Of a stretch of 64,000 nt of DNA, positions 1 through 14,029 are shown piece after piece. The stretch covers positions 49,414,001-49,478,000 of the forward strand of contig OZ024746.1 in assembly GCA_964016885.1 (NCBI GenBank), written 5' to 3'. A program made the position numbers and the translations under genes. Positions within the stretch are counted from its first letter, which is position 1; each line of letters starts with the position of its first letter. The notes under the pieces are model-generated. The model made no database searches, had not been told where the DNA came from, and saw only the letters and a list, made by a program, of their open reading frames with translations. The stretch comes from Eledone cirrhosa. Taxonomy: Eukaryota.

Positions 1-3000
1 TCAAAAATGTCAACATATATATATATGTTAATTGCAATTATGTCAATAATCTCATGATGTTTATATTTTAATGGCATTTCGGTCAGAAATCTCATCATAT
101 TTATATTTTCAAAGCATTTCTGAGAAAAAATCTCATCGTATTTATATTTTAATTGTATTTCTGTCAAAATCTCATCGTATTTATATTTTAATGGCATTTT
201 TTCCCAAAAGATTTCACCATATAAAATATTTTAATGGCATTTCTGTAAAAGATATCATCATATTCATATTTTAATGGCATTTCTGTCAACAATCTCATCA
301 TATTTATAATGTTATGGCATTTCTGTACAAATATCTCATCATATTTATATTCTAATGGCATTTATGTCAAAAATGTCAAGATATATATATGTTAATGGCA
401 ATTATGTCAAAAATCTCATGATATTTATATTTGAATGGCATTTCAGTCAGAAATCTCATCATATTTATATTTTAATTGTATTTCTGTCAAAGTTCTCGTC
501 ATATTTATATTTGAATGGCATTTCTGCAAAAATGTCACCGTATTTATATTTTAATGGCATTTTTTTTTATATCTCATCATTTCAAATATTTTAATGGCAT
601 TTCTGTAAAATATCATATTTATATTTTAATGGTATTTCTGTCAAGAATATCATCATATTCATATTTTTATGGCATTTCTCTCAAAATAACTCATCATATT
701 TATATTTTAATGGCATTTATGTCAAAAATGTCAACATATATATATATTTTAATTGCAATTATGTCAAAAATCTCATGATGTTTATATTTTAATGACATTT
801 CTGTCAAAAATCTCATCATATATATATTTTAATGCCAATTCTTTCGAAAATATCATTATCTTTATATTTTATTAGGTTTTCGGTCATAAACCTCATCATA
901 TTTATATTTCAATGTTATTTCTGTCAAAAATCGAACATATTTATATTTTAATAGAATTTCTGTTAATAGTCTCATCATATTTATATTTTAATGGCATTTC
1001 AGTCAGAAATCTCATCATATTTATATTTTAATTGTATTTCTGTCAAAATTCTAATCATATTTATATTTTAATGGCATTTCCGTCAAAAATCTCATCTCAT
1101 CGTATTTACATTTTAATGATTTTCTTGTCAAAAATTTCATATTTTTAATGACATTTTTGTAAGAAAATACTTTCCTATTTATATTTTAATGACATAAATC
1201 TCATCATATTTATATTTTAATGACATTTTTGTCAAAAATCTCATCATATTTATATTTGATTGGCATTTCTGTCAATAATATCATCATATTCATATTCTTA
1301 TGGCATTTCTGTCAAATTATCTCATCATATTTATATGTTAATGGCATTTATGTCAAAAATGTCAACATATATATATATGTTAATTGCAATTATGTCAATA
1401 ATCTCATGATGTTTATATTTTAATGGCATTTCGGTCAGAAATCTCATCATATTTATATTTTCAAAGCATTTCTGAGAAAAAATCTCATCGTATTTATATT
1501 TTAATTGTATTTCTGTCAAAATCTCATCGTATTTATATTTTAATGGCATTTTTTCCCAAAAGATTTCACCATATAAAATATTTTAATGGCATTTCTGTAA
1601 AACATATCATCATATTCATATTTTAATGGCATTTCTGTCAACAATCTCATCATATTTATAATGTTATGGCATTTCTGTACAAATATCTCATCATATTTAT
1701 ATTCTAATGGCATTTATGTCAAAAATGTCAAGATATATATATGTTAATGGCAATTATGTCAAAAATCTCATGATATTTATATTTGAATGGCATTTCTGCA
1801 AAAATGTCACCGTATTTATATTTTAATGGCATTTTTTTTTATATCTCATCATTTCAAATATTTTAATGGCATTTCTGTAAAAAATCATATTTATATTTTA
1901 ATGGTATTTCTGTCAAGAATATCATCATATTCATATTTTTATGGCATTTCTCTCAAAATAACTCATCATATTTATATTTTAATGGCATTTATGTCAAAAA
2001 TGTCAACATATATATATATTTTAATTGCAATTATGTCAAAAATCTCATGATGTTTATATTTTAATGACATTTCTGTCAAAAATCTCATCATATATATATT
2101 TTAATGCCAATTCTTTCGAAAATATCATTATCTTTATATTTTATTAGGTTTTCGGTCATAAACCTCATCATATTTATATTTCAATGTTATTTCTGACAAA
2201 AATCGAACATATTTATATTTTAATAGAATTTCTGTTAATAGTCTCATCATATTTATATTTTAATGGCATTTCAGTCAGAAATCTCATCATATTTATATTT
2301 TAATTGTATTTCTGTCAAAATTCTCATCATATTTATATTTTAATGGCATTTCCGTCAAAAATCTCATCTCATCGTATTTACATTTTAATGATTTTCTTGT
2401 CAAAAATTTCATATTTTTAATGACATTTTTGTAAGAAAATACTTTCCTATTTATATTTTAATGACATAAATCTCATCATATTTATATGTTAATGATATTT
2501 TTGTCAAAAATCTCATCATATTTATATTTGATTGGCATTTCTGTCAATAATATCATCATATTCATATTCTTATGGCATTTCTGTCAAATTATCTCATCAT
2601 ATTTATATGTTAATGGCATTTATGTCAAAAATGTCAACATATATATATATGTTAATTGCAATTATGTCAATAATCTCATGATGTTTATATTTTAATGGCA
2701 TTTCGGTCAGAAATCTCATCATATTTATATTTTCAAAGCATTTCTGAGAAAAAATCTCATCGTATTTATATTTTAATTGTATTTCTGTCAAAATCTCATC
2801 GTATTTATATTTTAATGGCATTTTTTCCCAAAAGATTTCACCATATAAAATATTTTAATGGCATTTCTGTAAAACATATCATCATATTCATATTTTAATG
2901 GCATTTCTGTCAACAATCTCATCATATTTATAATGTTATGGCATTTCAGTACAAATATCTCATCATATTTATATTCTAATGGCATTTATGTCAAAAATGT

Positions 3001-5260
3001 CAAGATATATATATGTTAATGGCAATTATGTCAAAAATCTCATGATATTTATATTTGAATGGCATTTCAGTCAGAAATCTCATCATATTTATATTTTAAT
3101 TGTATTTCTGTCAAAGTTCTCGTCATATTTATATTTGAATGGCATTTCTGCAAAAATGTCACCGTATTTATATTTTAATGGCATTTTTTTTTATATCTCA
3201 TCATTTCAAATATTTTAATGGCATTTCTGTAAAACATCATATTTATATTTTAATGGTATTTCTGTCAAGAATATCATCATATTCATATTTTTATGGCATT
3301 TCTCTCAAAATAACTCATCATATTTATATTTCAATGGCATTTATGTCAAAAATGTCAACATATATATATATTTTAATTGCAATTATGTCAAAAATCTCAT
3401 GATGTTTATATTTTAATGACATTTCTGTCAAAAATCTCATCATATATATATTTTAATGCCAATTCTTTCGAAAATATCATTATCTTTATATTTTATTAGG
3501 TTTTCGGTCATAAACCTCATCATATTTATATTTCAATGTTATTTCTGTCAAAAATCGAACATATTTATATTTTAATAGAATTTCTGTTAATAGTCTCATC
3601 ATATTTATATTTTAATGGCATTTCAGTCAGAAATCTCATCATATTTATATTTTAATTGTATTTCTGTCAAAATTCTCATCATATTTATATTTTAATGGCA
3701 TTTCTGTCAAAAATCTCATCTCATCGTATTTATATTTTAATGATTTTCTTGTCAAAAATTTCATATTTTTAATGACATTTTTGTAAGAAAATATTTTCCT
3801 ATTTATATTTTAATGACATAAATCTCATCATATTTATATTTTAATGACATTTTTGTCAAAAATCTCATCATATTTATATTTGAATGGCATTTCTGTCAAT
3901 AATATCATCATATTCATATTCTTATGGCATTTCTGTCAAATTATCTCATCATATTTATATGTTAATGGCATTTATGTCAAAAATGTCAACATATATATAT
4001 ATATTAATTGCAATTATGTCAATAATCTCATGATGTTTATATTTTAATGGCATTTCGGTCAGAAATCTCATCATATTTATATTTTCAAAGCATTTCTGAG
4101 AAAAAATCTCATCGTATTTATATTTTAATTGTATTTCTATCAAAATCTCATCGTATTTATATTTTAATGGCATTTCTTTAAAAGATTTGATCATATAAAA
4201 TATCATCGTATTTATATTTTAATGGCATTTTTTCCCAAAAGATTTCACCATATAAAATATTTTAATGGCATTTCTGTAAAAGATATCATCATATTCATAT
4301 TTTAATGGCATTTCTGTCAACAATCTCATCATATTTATAATGTTATGGCATTTCTGTACAAATATCTCATCATATTTATATTCTAATGGCATTTATGTCA
4401 AAAATGTCAAGATATATATATGTTAATGGCAATTATGTCAAAAATCTCATGATATTTATATTTGAATGGCATTTCAGTCAGAAATCTCATCATATTTATA
4501 TTTTAATTGTATTTCTGTCAAAGTTCTCGTCATATTTATATTTGAATGGCATTTCTGCAAAAATGTCACCGTATTTATATTTTAATGGCATTTTTTTTTA
4601 TATCTCATCATTTCAAATATTTTAATGGCATTTCTGTAAAATATCATATTTATATTTTAATGGTATTTCTGTCAAGAATATCATCATATTCATATTTTTA
4701 TGGCATTTCTCTCAAAATAACTCATCATATTTATATTTTAATGGCATTTATGTCAAAAATGTCAACATATATATATATTTTAATTGCAATTATGTCAAAA
4801 ATCTCATGATGTTTATATTTTAATGACATTTCTGTCAAAAATCTCATCATATATATATTTTAATGCCAATTCTTTCGAAAATATCATTATCTTTATATTT
4901 TATTAGGTTTTCGGTCATAAACCTCATCATATTTATATTTCAATGTTATTTCTGTCAAAAATCGAACATATTTATATTTTAATAGAATTTCTGTTAATAG
5001 TCTCATCATATTTATATTTTAATGGCATTTCAGTCAGAAATCTCATCATATTTATATTTTAATTGTATTTCTGTCAAAATTCTCATCATATTTATATTTT
5101 AATGGCATTTCTGTCAAAAATCTCATCTCATCGTATTTATATTTTAATGATTTTCTTGTCAAAAATTTCATATTTTTAATGACATTTTTGTAAGAAAATA
5201 TTTTCCTATTTATATTTTAATGACATAAATCTCATCATATTTATATTTTAATGACATTTT
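1..5260. repeat. Higher-order repeat, ~1352-bp unit (~34 monomers), ~4 copies
   Basis: Near-identical spurious ORFs recur at 71/1423/2695 and 515/1787/3139/4546. Spacings are 1352, 1272 (minus 80 bp) and 1407 (plus 55 bp). Confidence 0.9.
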
Positions 5261-8200
5261 TGTCAAGAATATCATCATATTCATATTCTTATGGCATTTC
5301 TGTCAAAATATATCATCATATTTATATTTTAATGGCATTTATGTCAAAAATGTCAACATATATATATATGTTAATGGCAATTATGTCAAAAATGTCAACA
5401 TATATATATATGTTGATGGCAATTATGACAATAATCTCATGATGTTTATATTTTAATGGCATTTCAGTCAGAAATCTCATCATATTTAAATTTTATTAGG
5501 TTTTCGGTCAAAAACCTCATCATATTTATATTTCAATGGTATTTATGTCAAAAATCTAATCATATTTATATTTTAATAGAATTTCTGTTAATAGTCTCAT
5601 CATATTTATATTTTAATGGCATTTCAGTCAGAAATCTCCTCATATTTATATTTTAATTGTATTTCAGTCAAAATTCTCATCATATTTATATTTTAATGGC
5701 ATATCTGCAAGAATGTCTTCGTATTTATATTATAATGGCATTTTTTTTCAAAAGATTTCACCATATAAAATATTTTAAGTGCATTTCTGTAAAACATATC
5801 ATCATATTTATGTTTTAATGCCATCTCTGTCAAAAATATTATCATATTTATATTTTAATGGCTTTTGTGTCAAAATTCTTATCATATTTATATTTTAATG
5901 GCAATTCTTTCAAAAATATCATCATATTTAGATTTTATTAAATTTTGTGTCCAAAGTATCATCATATTTTTATTTTATTAAGTTTTCTGTCAAAAATATC
6001 ATCATATTTATATTTTAATGGCATTCCTGTCAATAATATCATCATATTCATATTCTTATGGAATTTCTGTCAAATTATCTCAACATATTTATATTTTAAT
6101 GGCATTTATGTCAAAAATGTCAACATATATATATATGTTAAGGCAATTATGTCATTAATCTCATGATGTTTATATTTTAATTGCATTTCAGTCAGAAATC
6201 TCATCATATTTATATTTTAAAGGCATTTCTGTGAAAAATCTCATCGTATTTATATATTAATGGTATTTCTGCCAAAATGTCATCGTATTTATTTTTTAAT
6301 GGCATTTCTTTAAAAGATTTCATCATATAAAATATCATCGTATTTATATTTTAATGGCATTTTTTAAAAAAAGATTTCACAATATAAAATATTTTAATGG
6401 CACTTCTGTAAAACATATCATCATATTCATATTTTAATTGCATTTCTGTCAAAAATATCATCATATTTATATTTTAATGGTTTTCCCGGCATTCAATGGC
6501 ATTTCTCTCAACAATCTCATCATATTTATATTGTTATGGCATTTCTGTACAAATATCTCATCATATTTATATTCTAATGGCAATTATGTCAAAAATCTCA
6601 TGATGTTTATATTTGAATGGCATTTCAGTCAGAAATCTCATCATATTTATATTTTAATTGTATTTCTGTCAAAGTTCTCCTCATATTTTTATTTGAATGG
6701 CATTTCTGCAAAAATGTCATCGTATTTATATTTTAATGGTATATATTTTCCAAAGATTTCATTATATAAATATAAAAAAGTTTTCACCATTTCAAATATT
6801 TTAATGGCATTTCTGTAAAACATCATCATATTTATATTTTAATGGCATTTCTGTCAAAAATCTCATCATATTTATATATTAATGATTTTCATGTCATAAA
6901 TGTCATAATATTTTTAATGATTTTTTTTAAGAAAATATCTTCCTATTTATATTTTAATGATATACATCTCATCATATTTATATTTTAATGACATTTATGT
7001 CAAGAATGTCATCATATTCATATTCTTATGGCATTTCTGTCAAAATATCTCATCATATTTATATGTTAATGGCATTTATGTCAAAAACGTCAACATATAT
7101 ATATGTTAATGGAAATTATGTCAAAAATCTCATGATGTTTATATTTTAATTGCATTTCTGTCACAAACCTCATTATATTTATATTTTAAAGCCAATACTT
7201 TCAAAAATATCATCATCTTTATATTTTATCAGGTTTTCGGTCAAAAACCTCATCATATTTATATTTCAATGATATTTCTGTCAAAAATCTAATCATATTT
7301 ATATTTTAATAGAATTTCTGTTAATAGTGTCATCATATTTATATTTTAATGGCATTTCAGTCAGAAATCTCATCATATTAAAAATATTTAATTGTATTTT
7401 TGTAAAAATTCTCATCATATTTATTTTTTAATGGCATATCTGCAAACATGTCATCGTATTTATATTATAATGGCCTTTTTCCAAATAATTTCATTACATA
7501 AAATATCATCGTATTTATATTTTAATGGCCTTTTTTTTCAAAAGATTTCACCTTATAAAATATTTTAAGTGCATTTCTGTAAAACATATCATCATATTTA
7601 TGTTTTAATGCCATCTCTGTCAAAAATATTATCATATTTATATTTTAATGGCAATTCTTTCAAAAATATCATCATATTTATATTTTATTAAGTTTTCTGT
7701 CAAAAATATCATCATATTTATATTTTAATGTCATTCTTGTCTGATATCTCATCATATTTATATTTAAATGGCATTTCTGTCAATAATATCATCATATTCA
7801 TATTCTTATGGCATTTCTGTCAAATTATCTCATCATATTTATATTTTAATGGCATTTATGTCAAAAATGTCAACATATATATATATGTTAATGGAAATTA
7901 TGTCAATAATCTCATGATGTTTATATTTTAATGTCATTTCAGTCAGAAATCTCATCATATTTATGTTTTAATGTCGTTTCTGGAAAAATATCATCGTATT
8001 TATATTTTAATGTCATTTTTTTGCAAAAGATTTCACCATATAAAATATTTTAATGGCATTTCTGTAAAATATATCATCATATTTATGTTTTAATGGCATG
8101 CATGTCAAAATATCATTATATTTATATTTTAATGGCATTTCTGTCAAAAATCTCATCATATTTATATTTTAATGACAATACTTTCAAAAATATCATCATA

Positions 8201-11200
8201 TTTATATTTTATTAGGTTTTCGGTCAAAAACCTCATCATATTTATATTTTAATGTTACTTCTGTCAAAAATCTCATTATATTTATATTTTAACAGAATTT
8301 CAGTTAAAAGTCTCATCATATTTATATTTTAATGGCATTTCTGTCAAAAATCTCATCGTATTTATATTTTAATGGCATGTCTCTCAACAATATCATCATA
8401 TTTATATTTAAATCGCATTTCTGTCAAAAATCTCATTATATTTATATTTTAATGACATTTTTGTAAGAAAGTATATTCCTATTTATATTTAAATGACATT
8501 TCTGTCAAAAATCTCATCATATTTATATTTTAATGGCATTTCGGTCAAGAATATTGTCATATTCATATTCTTGTGGCATTTCAATCAAAATATCTCATCA
8601 TATTTATATTTTAATGGCATATCTGCAAAAATGTCATCGTATTTTTATTTAATGGCATTTTTCAAGAAGATTTCATCATATAAAATATCATCGTATTTAT
8701 ATTTTAATTGCATTTTTTTTTAAAATATGTCACCATATGAAATATTTTAATGGTATTTCTGTAAAACATATCATCATATTTATGTTTTAATGGCCTATCT
8801 GTCAAAAATATCATCATATTTATTTTTGAATGGTATTTATGTCAAAATATATCAATATATTTATATTTTAATGGCAATTCTTTCAAAAATATTATCATCT
8901 TTATATTTTATATGGTATTTCTGTCAAAAATCTCATCATATTTATATTTTAATAGAATTTCAGTTAAAACTCTCAGCATATTTATATTTTAATGGCATTT
9001 CTGTCAAACATCTCATCGTATTTATAATTTAATGGAATGTCTCTCAAAATCTTATCATATTTATATTTTCATAGAATTTCAGTTAAAAGTCTCACCATAT
9101 TTATATTTTAATGGCATTTCTATTAAATATATCATGATATTTATATTTTAATGGTTTTCCTGTCAGAAATATCATCATATTTATATTTTAATGGCATATC
9201 TATCAACAATCTCATCATATTTATATTCTTATGGCATTTCTGTACAAATATCTCATCATATTTATATTCTAATGGCATTTATGTCAAATATTGTCAACAT
9301 ATATATATGTTAATGGCAATTATGTCAAAAATCTCATGATGTTTATATTTGAATGGCATTTCAGTCAGAAATCTCATCATATTTATATCTTAATTGTATT
9401 TCTGTCAAAGTTATTGTCATATTTATATTTGAATGGCATTTCTGCAAAAATATCATCGTATTTATATTTTAATGGTATTTTCTTCCAAACATTTCATTAT
9501 ATAAATATCATCGTATTTATATTTTAATGGCATTTAAAAAAAATATTTCACCATTTCCAATATTTTAATGGCATTTCTGTAAAACATCATCATATTTATA
9601 TTTTTATGGCATTTCTGTTAAAAATATCATCATCATTATATTTAAATAGAATTTAAGTTAAAAGTCTCATCATATTTATATTTAAATGGCATTTCTATCA
9701 AAAATCTCATCATATTTATATTTTCATGATTTTCATCATGTTTTTAATGACATTTTTGTAAGAAAATATATTCCTATTTATATTTTAATGACATAAATCT
9801 CATCATATTTATATTTTAATGACATTTCTGTCTAAAATCTCATCATATTTATATTTTAATGGCATTTCTGTCAAGAATATCATCGTATTCATATTCGTAT
9901 AGCATTTCTGTCAAAATATCTCATCATATTTATATTTTAATGGCAATTATGTCAAAAATCTCATGATGTTTTCATTTTAATGGCATTTCTGTCAAAAATC
10001 TCATCATATTTATATTTTAATGCCAATTCTTTCAAAAATATCATCATCTTTATATTTGATTAGGTTTTCGGACAAAAACCTCGTCAAAAATATAATCATA
10101 TTTTTATTTTAATAGAATTTCTGTTAATAGTCTCATCATATTTATATTTTAATGGCATCGTATTTATATTATAATGGCATTTTTCCAAATGATTTCATCA
10201 TATAAAATATCATCGTATTTATAATTTAATGGCATTTAAAAAAAAAAGATTTCAACATATGAAATATTTTAATGGCATTTCTATAAAACATATCATCATA
10301 TTTATGTGTTAATGCCATCTCTGTCAAAAATATCATCATATTTATATTTTAATGGTATTTATGTCAAAATATCTCAATATATTTATATTTTAATGGCATT
10401 TCTATCAAAAATCTCATCGTATTTATATTTAAATGGAATGTCTCAAATTCTCATCATATTTATATTTAAATGGCATTTCTGACAAAGATCTCATCATATT
10501 TATATTTTAATGACATTTTTGTCAAGAATATCATCATATTCATATTCTTATGGCATTTCTGTCAAAATATATCATCATATTTATATTTTAATGGCATTTA
10601 TGTCAAAAATGTCAACATATATATATATATGTTAATGGCAATTATGTCAAAAATGTCAACATATATATATATGTTGATGGCAATTATGACAATAATCTCA
10701 TGATGTTTATATTTTAATGGCATTTCAGTCAGAAATCTCATCATATTTATATTTTATTAGGTTTTCGGTCAAAAACCTCATCATATTTATATTTCAATGG
10801 TATTTCTGTCAAAAATCTAATCATATTTATATTTTAATAGAATTTCTGTTAATAGTCTCATCATATTTATATTTTAATGGCATTTCAGTCAGAAATCTCC
10901 TCATATTTATATTTTAATTGTATTTCTGTCAAAATTCTCATCATATTTATATTTTAATGGTATATCTGCAAGAATGTCATCGTATTTATATTATAATGGC
11001 ATTTTTTTTCAAAAGATTTCACCATATAAAATATTTTAAGTGCATTTCTGTAAAACATATCATCATATTTATGTTTTAATGCCATCTCTGTCAAAAATAT
11101 TATCATATTTATATTTTAATGGCTTTTGTGTCAAAATTCTCATCATATTTATATTTTAATGGCATTTCTGTCAACATTCTGATCATATTTATATATTAAT

Positions 11201-13891
11201 GGCTTTTGTATCAAAAATCTCATCATATTTATATATTAATGGTATTTCTGCAAAAATGTCATCGTATTTATATGTTAATGGAATGTCTCAAAATCTCATC
11301 ATATTTATATTTAAATGGCATTTCTCTCAAAAATCTCATCATAATTATATTTTAATGATATTTATGTCAAAAATCTCATCATATTTATATTTTAATGGCA
11401 TTTCTGTATAAAATCATCGTATTTATATTATAATGGCATTTTTTCTCCAAAAGATTTCATCATATAAAATAGCATCGTATTTATATTTTCATGCTATTTT
11501 TCAAAAGATTTCACCATATTAAATATTTTAATGGCATTTCTGTAAAACATATCATGTAATTTATGTTATAATGGCATCTCTGTCAAAAATATCATCATAT
11601 TTATATTTTAATGGCATTTATGTCAAAAATCTCATCATATTTATATTTTATTGGTATTTCTGTCAAAAATCTCCTCATATTTATATTTTAATAGAATTTC
11701 AGTTAAAAGTCTCATCATATTTATATTTTCATGGCATTTCTGTCAACAATCTCATCATATTTTAATGACATTTTTGTAAGAAAATTTCTTCCTATTCATA
11801 TTTTAATTACATTTCTGTCAAAAAGCTCACCATATTTATATTTTAATGGCATTTCTGTCAAGAATATCATCATATTCATATTCTTATGACATTTCTGTCA
11901 AAATATCTCATCATATTTATATTTTAATGGTATTTTTGTAAAACATATAATCAGATTAATGTTTTAATGGCATCTCTGTCAAAAATATCATCATATTTAT
12001 ATTTTAATGACATTTCTGTCAAACATATCATCATATTCCTGTTCTTATTGCATTTCATTCAAAATATCTCATCATATTTATATTTCAATGACATTTCTGT
12101 CAAAAATCTCATCATATTCATATATTAATGACATTTCTGTCAAGAATATCATCACATTCATATTCTTTTGGCATTTCTGTCAAAATATCTCATCATATTT
12201 ATATTTAAATGGCATTTACGTAAAAAATGTCAACATATATATATGTTAATGGCAATTATGTCAAAAATCTCATGATGTTTATATTTTAATGGCATTTCAG
12301 TCAGATATCTCATCATATTTATATTTTAATGGTAATACTGTCAAAGTTCTCATTACATTTATATATTAATGGCATTTCTGCAAAAATGTCATCTTATTTA
12401 TATTTTAATGGCATTTTTTTTTCAAATGATTTCATCATATAAAATATCATCGTATTAATATTTTAATGGCATTTCTGTAAAACATATCATCATATTTATA
12501 TTTTAATAGCAATTGTTTCAAAAATATCATCATCTTTATATTTTATTAGGTATTCTGTCAAAAACCTCATCATATTTATATTTTAATGGTATTTCTGTCA
12601 AAAATCTCATCATATTTATATTTTAATAAAAATTTCAGTTAAAAGTATTATTATATTTATATTTTAATGTCATTTCTGTCAAAAATCTCATCGTATTTAT
12701 ATTTTAATGTCATTTCTGTCAAGAATATCATCATATTCCTATTCTTATGTCATTTCTGTAAAAATATATCATCATATATATATTTTAATGGCATTTATGT
12801 CAAAAATGTCAACATAATATATATATATGTTAATGGCAATTATGTCAAAATTCTCATGATGTTTTTATTTTAATGGCATTTTAGTAAGAAATCTCATCAT
12901 ATTTATATTTTCATGGTATTTCTGCAAAAATGTCATCGTATTTATATTTTAATGGAATTTTTTCAAAAGATTTCATGATATAAAATATCATCGTATTTAT
13001 ATTTTAATGACTTTTTTTTCGAAAGATTTCACCATATAAAATATTTCAATGGCATTTCTGTAAAACATATCATCAGATTTATGTTTTAATGCCATCTCTG
13101 TCTAAAATATCATATTTTACATATTAATGGCATTTCTGTCAAAAATCTCAAATTTTAATAGCAATTCTTTAAAAAATATCATCATATTTACATTCTAATA
13201 GAATTTCAGTTAAAACTCTCATCATATTTATATTTTAATTGCATTTCTGTCAACGATCTCATCATATTTATATATTAATGACATTTCTGTCAAACATCTC
13301 ATCATATTCATATTGTTATGGCATTTCTGTCGAAGTTCTAATCATATTTATATTTCAATGACATTTCTGTCAAAAATCTCATCATATTTATATTTTAATG
13401 GAATTTCTGTCAAGAATATCATCATATTCATATTCTTATGGCATTTCTGTCAAAATATCTCATCATATTTATATTTCAATGACATTTCTATCAAAAATCT
13501 CATCATATTTATATTTTAATGGCATTTCTGTCGAGAATATCATCATATTCTCGAATATCATCATATTCTTATGGCATTTCTGTCACTTTACAGTGAGTGT
13601 CAGCTAGTCTGCATGTAACCACACAGGCGGAACGGGTTTTAGAGTCATACGAGTTTTCAAGGAAACACATTTCCTGTCTAGTGAAAAGCTGAGTACATGT
13701 ACATATGTATACATGTGTGTATTTATATGCATACTAATACTTCCGTATACATATGTAGATGTACACTTTAACTTAATTGTTTAAGCGTCAGTCATACAAA
13801 AGTGAGTTAGAAGCGAAACGAAATTTAATTTCGTTTCGTTATTTGTTTTCATCGTTTCCGCTGAACCGGTGCGTACAATGACTCACGTTCT

Positions 13892-13899
13892 ATGCAAAT
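13892..13899 (+). promoter_or_regulatory. Octamer motif ATGCAAAT (possible snRNA-type distal element)
   Basis: Exact octamer, conserved as TATGCAAATTAG in the diverged second copy (octamer at 59390-59397). Function is inferred. Confidence 0.4.
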
Positions 13900-13984
13900 T
13901 AGTCTACCCACTACTAATTTTCATAGAAAAAGCATATAACGATATGTGCTTTTACAATTCTCCAGAGAAGCCGGAAGATGGGTA

Positions 13985-14029
13985 AATATTGCTGATGAGA
14001 TGTAATAACATCGAAACTAGTCCAATATT
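13985..14029 (+). ncRNA. Type I hammerhead ribozyme (minimal stem III)
   Basis: AATATTG-CTGATGA-GATGT/AATA/ACATC-GAAAC-TA-GTC-CAATATT. Full core, perfect stems I and II, GUC cleavage after 14022. Confidence 0.92.
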
